Origin: an uncultured virus (IMG/VR IMGVR_UViG_3300033571_005398)
Taxonomy: Duplodnaviria; Heunggongvirae; Uroviricota; Caudoviricetes
Reading direction: 5' to 3' (one strand)
DNA: 20,000 bases
IMG/VR virus record: IMGVR_UViG_3300033571_005398
Coordinates: 54,761-74,760 of that record
Both the position numbers and the translations under genes were made by a program. How positions within the stretch are numbered: position 1 is the stretch's first letter; the number at the start of each line of letters is the position of its first letter. This document shows positions 16,559 to 20,000 of this stretch, one piece after another. The notes under the pieces are model-generated. The model made no database searches, had not been told where the DNA came from, and saw only the letters and a program-made list of their open reading frames with translations.

Positions 16559-16806
16559 TACTGTATGCGCCTCTTTACTCTGAAGCCCTTACTAGCGCGA
16601 AGCATTTTGGCATCCACTACTGTGTCGTAGTGCTCAACGCCCTCACTTTCTACAGGCTCTACTGCGTACACGTCTCCAAATCCTCTGGCATACCATTTTT
16701 GGTCGGTAGCAAAAGCGTGAGTGTGCTCTCCCTGTGGAGTAATGATGTCACCTTTTTTAAACGGGTGAGAACTACCGTGATAAAAGTCCCCGTTATTTCT
16801 ACCCAT
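16558..16806 (-). CDS. Arr-like ADP-ribosyltransferase-fold protein with MGRNNGDF tag
   Basis: FYHGSSHPFKKGDIITP...HAFATD...ARGFGDVYAVEP...SKGFRV. Confidence 0.7.
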   Translation of the reverse strand: MGRNNGDFYHGSSHPFKKGDIITPQGEHTHAFATDQKWYARGFGDVYAVEPVESEGVEHYDTVVDAKMLRASKGFRVKRRIQ

Positions 16807-17134
16807 TAAGCTCTCCCGTTATTTTGAAGCCTTTTTGACTTTTAAATATCTTTGTTTTGCGAGATTTAGCCAAAGGGTATTTTACGCGGTTCACGATAAG
16901 GTTCTCTTCTTGGTCCACGGGTTCTACGGTAAAGACTCGTGCGGGAACGGTTTCTCCCCGTAACTTCGTTTCAATCTCCGCCTCGGAGTCGGCATAAGCA
17001 CGCGCTTCGTGTTTAGAGTCTGTAGCAAAAGCGTGAGAGTAATTCTTGGGAATTACTACATCCCCTAGGTTAAAGGGGTGTACCGTCCCGTGATAGAGGG
17101 CTGACTCTTCAAAGTCGGCGTTATTGCGACCCAT
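16799..17134 (-). CDS. Arr-like ADP-ribosyltransferase-fold protein with MGRNNADF tag
   Basis: LYHGTVHPFNLGDVVIP...HAFATD...ARAYA...VFTVEP...SQKGFKITGE. Confidence 0.7.
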   Translation of the reverse strand: MGRNNADFEESALYHGTVHPFNLGDVVIPKNYSHAFATDSKHEARAYADSEAEIETKLRGETVPARVFTVEPVDQEENLIVNRVKYPLAKSRKTKIFKSQKGFKITGELNG

Positions 17135-17250
17135 TACACCCTCACAAGACGGCGCTTAATAGGGTCAAAAATCTTGGGACGCTTCTTAAACCCTTTACCG
17201 CAATTGCGGTTGTCGTTGCGTACACCAGAGCCTTTGGATTTACGTGCCAT
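17134..17250 (-). CDS. 38-aa very basic micro-protein (not in ORF track)
   Basis: MARKSKGSGVRNDNRNCGKGFKKRPKIFDPIKRRLVRV*. SD AGGGA; its stop overlaps the next ATG (TAATG). Confidence 0.7.
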   Translation of the reverse strand: MARKSKGSGVRNDNRNCGKGFKKRPKIFDPIKRRLVRV

Positions 17251-17262
17251 GGTAGTTCCCTA

Positions 17263-18921
17263 TTAAAACAGAGTGGGTTGGGTGGGCGGTTGCGTGTCCC
17301 TAGCACCATCAGTCAATGCCGCAGCCCACGCTTTGTGCGCCGCTTTGCCTTCGGCCTCATAGCCGGTTGATGCCAAAGCTTGGCGAACATGCTCATGGTG
17401 GTGGTACAAGTGGCCTAGTGCCAATACTGTCATTCGTTTTTTGGCAGCATCGTCGGCGTACATTCCGTCGGTTTGCCCATTCCACAAGTCTTTCCTGTTT
17501 GGAATGGTATTCATGTTGTTTTCACCCATGGCAACATGCGCACGGGCGGCAATGTACGCAGCGGAGGCCACACGGCCACCAGTTCTAGTTTTGAAGTAGT
17601 TTGCGCCGTAGCCTCCCTCTGACTGCAGCTCTTTCGCGCGCGATGGACGTGACGGGTCAAGCGCTTCTTCATAAGCATCACGGTATTTATGATGCCTATC
17701 CTCGTAACCGTCGGCCGCGCCCTCTTGAATCGGGTCGGGGTAAGACATTGTCATGTCCCGAATATTTGGGTCTATTGAGTGCCCCAACTCATGAGTTAAC
17801 GTGTCGGGTTTAACTCCGGACGAAACAATTACTCGTTTAGATTTAGGTTGTTTAGGTTCAGCTACTTCAGCAGTTGGGTCTGGGACCGCTTCGTGACGCA
17901 AGTGGTACCAAAGCGTTTTGTTTCGTCCACTGTATTCGTTTTCTACAGCTGTTTTTATAGGAGTAGCAATATAGTCTTTGGTGCTTGCCCCCTTGCCCGG
18001 AAAGATGTTTGCGGTGTGCCCCCCGGGTAAATAGTGCACGTCCGTGTCTTTGTCGGGGGAGTACGGCTCTCCTTTGGCGTTAAAGTACGTCGGGGCTACT
18101 GCTTGCTGCGGGGTACGTGGCATATTTTCCGGGTCATTGCGAGAGCTGTACCAACTACCGCTGTCCTCCATCCATCCCGAGAAGCCTTCGGTGAAGAGTC
18201 GGTTGTGCCCGTATCCGTGCTCCTCGCCTAACGCCTCGGTTTGAGCCCGCCACTTGGGGTTAGGAATTGGTGCGCCCCGCTTAGCGGGAGGTAGCGCGGG
18301 CTTTTCTTTAGGCGCAACCCACTCGGACTTGGTTAGTTCATTTAATGTTATGTTTCCAGAGCTAGTGTCGTAGTGGCCCCCCCAAGTTCTTTGTGGGGGG
18401 CGAACCTCTACACCTACTGGTTTTAGGTTGGCCCATTCTTGGTGTGGAATGCCACTTTCGATAGCGGCTTTTCGAACACCTTCAATCTGCATGGTTGCTC
18501 GGTCCACACTAACGCGAGGGGCCCGCTCGCTCAATTGCCTGTAATTTTTAGATGTGTTTGCTCTATCTTCCGGAGTCATCTGGTCTGGAGTAACCTCTTC
18601 ACCGGAAGTTTTGTGTCGAAAGATATTTGTGGGTTTCAGAGGGCCGTTTACACGGCGAAACGCCTCGACGTCACCCGTTCCAAGAACTCGGTCAATAGCT
18701 GCATGGCGTTCGTCATCAGAAATAGACGGGTCTTTACTCGACCCAGTCCCCCAGTGCGGGTCAAATAGCATGCCTTGATAAGAGCTTCCAATGTAAGGAG
18801 AACCAATATGAGGCATGGGGCGTACTTCGGAATTGGTCTCCCCCTCATTTGGGGTGTGAAAAATTGTCTCACCCTGCTCATTAACAAAGTAGGTATTCTT
18901 AAACTGTTTTCCGAGTGGCAT
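17263..18921 (-). CDS. Large protein with zincin-like (HExxH) metallopeptidase motifs
   Basis: GGHYDTSSGNITL ... TLTHELGHSID ... QEGAAD; SD GAAAGG. Confidence 0.6.
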   Translation of the reverse strand: MPLGKQFKNTYFVNEQGETIFHTPNEGETNSEVRPMPHIGSPYIGSSYQGMLFDPHWGTGSSKDPSISDDERHAAIDRVLGTGDVEAFRRVNGPLKPTNIFRHKTSGEEVTPDQMTPEDRANTSKNYRQLSERAPRVSVDRATMQIEGVRKAAIESGIPHQEWANLKPVGVEVRPPQRTWGGHYDTSSGNITLNELTKSEWVAPKEKPALPPAKRGAPIPNPKWRAQTEALGEEHGYGHNRLFTEGFSGWMEDSGSWYSSRNDPENMPRTPQQAVAPTYFNAKGEPYSPDKDTDVHYLPGGHTANIFPGKGASTKDYIATPIKTAVENEYSGRNKTLWYHLRHEAVPDPTAEVAEPKQPKSKRVIVSSGVKPDTLTHELGHSIDPNIRDMTMSYPDPIQEGAADGYEDRHHKYRDAYEEALDPSRPSRAKELQSEGGYGANYFKTRTGGRVASAAYIAARAHVAMGENNMNTIPNRKDLWNGQTDGMYADDAAKKRMTVLALGHLYHHHEHVRQALASTGYEAEGKAAHKAWAAALTDGARDTQPPTQPTLF

Positions 18922-18958
18922 ACCGGACCTTTCGTACTATTCGTACTTAAAGTATGAC

Positions 18959-19945
18959 CTATTTTGTCGTGGCAGACGCGTTGGACTCATACGAGGTGTT
19001 GGTAGCCTCAAAAAAGTTAACAAGCTGTAAAGTGTCGTTGGCAGCAGCCATCCACTTGGCAGGATTGGTTACGTTGTAGTGCGGACCAAAGCCGAGCTCC
19101 TCAAGACGACGGTCGGCCAAGTACTTGGTGTACTGGCTGGCGTAGTCAGCGTTCAGGCCAAGGATGCCGTGGGGGAACTGGTCACGGTTGTACTGGATTT
19201 CCATGTCTACTGCGTCCAAAATCATCTGCTTGATTTCATCAGCAAACTCGGGCGTGACAATGTCGGGGTTCTCTTCGAGGATGGTTACCACAAGGTTGGT
19301 CCCAAACTTCAAATGAAGGCTCTCATCACGGACAATCCAGTCAACAAGTGAGCCGAAGTTGCGGAGCAGATTACGCTGGCGGAACGACAGGGCCACCATG
19401 AAGCCACTGTAGAACCAGATACCCTCCATGATTACCGAGTAAGCCACGAGGTTACGGACGAAGTCCTGCTTGCCCTCTACGGTTTCAATGTCAAGGCGCT
19501 CTTCCGTCATGCGCGTGATGAACTTGACCTCAAAGTCTTCTTTTGCCTTAATTGACGGCACAGCCACATGCTGAGCGTAAATTGCCTCACGGTCCACCGG
19601 GAACGTCTCGAGCACGTACTCAAAGCTCATGCAGTGGTTGGCTTCTTCCCACATCTGCTTGGCTAGGTACAGGTGGCACTCGGGTGCGCTCAAATAGGGG
19701 TAAACACCAAATGCCAATGCCTTGTTCACAATCAGCTCAGAGGGGTTAAAGAAGCTCATCAAGAAGGTAATGGCGTGCTGCTCGTCCTCAGACATGGTCT
19801 TGAAGTCGGCAATATCTTCGCCAAGCTGAATCTCATTGGGGAACCATGTATTAGCGACCGCTTGGTCGTACAAGTCCATTGCCCACTGATACTTGACAGG
19901 CTTCAAAAGCAAGCCTTCTTGAATACCCTGACCCAAAATTCCCAT
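18959..19945 (-). CDS. nrdB: Ribonucleotide reductase beta subunit, class Ic (R2c)-type signature
   Basis: Ferritin-like ligands FFNPSE, EEANH, MEGIWFYSGF and RDESLH; C-terminal NFFEATNTSY; SD AAGGAG. Confidence 0.93.
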   Translation of the reverse strand: MGILGQGIQEGLLLKPVKYQWAMDLYDQAVANTWFPNEIQLGEDIADFKTMSEDEQHAITFLMSFFNPSELIVNKALAFGVYPYLSAPECHLYLAKQMWEEANHCMSFEYVLETFPVDREAIYAQHVAVPSIKAKEDFEVKFITRMTEERLDIETVEGKQDFVRNLVAYSVIMEGIWFYSGFMVALSFRQRNLLRNFGSLVDWIVRDESLHLKFGTNLVVTILEENPDIVTPEFADEIKQMILDAVDMEIQYNRDQFPHGILGLNADYASQYTKYLADRRLEELGFGPHYNVTNPAKWMAAANDTLQLVNFFEATNTSYESNASATTK

Positions 19946-19965
19946 TGAAATATCTCCTTGTAGAC

Positions 19966-19992
19966 ATAGAAACCGCCCAAGAGCGGGCGGTT
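19966..19992 (-). terminator. Hairpin upstream of nrdB
   Basis: AACCGCCC (19971-19978) / GGGCGGTT (19985-19992), followed on the minus strand by TCTATGT. Confidence 0.5.
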
Positions 19993-20000
19993 CCTCTAGT

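Noticed and set aside
15946..17134. Rifampicin-resistance (arr) genes
   Set aside because: Only the ART core pattern is present. The proteins are shorter than Arr, lack its D-P-N...FPGNPT region and occur as three paralogues in a phage, so no gene symbol was assigned.

Overview
This window is a tailed-phage (Caudoviricetes) genome segment, coded almost entirely on the minus strand. An actinobacterial host is likely, an inference from the leaderless-type promoters, a DUF2746-like membrane protein and the class Ic-type RNR. Read right to left, it holds: (1) a ribonucleotide reductase beta subunit with the class Ic (Mn/Fe) signature; (2) a 552-aa HExxH metallopeptidase-like protein; (3) a tightly coupled cassette of three Arr-like ADP-ribosyltransferase-fold genes and two GNAT acetyltransferase genes; (4) a candidate 99-nt structured RNA abutting tRNA-Asn(GUU); (5) a small divergent island with two + strand micro-ORFs; (6) many small hypothetical genes; (7) the head module (KTSC protein, terminase large subunit, portal, scaffold, N4-gp56-like major capsid, adaptor-like protein); and (8) tail-fibre-like genes. 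The top novelty candidate is a shared 8-aa N-terminal tag, MG(R/A)N(N/K)xDF, on six unrelated small proteins, five of them modifying enzymes. It is conserved at the protein level but not the codon level, which suggests a targeting or packaging signal for a host-modifying effector set. Also notable are a free-standing 26-aa peptide ending in CDSCQ that resembles a detached RNR-alpha redox tail, and the tRNA-leader ncRNA. All family assignments come from motifs recognised by eye; no database searches were run.
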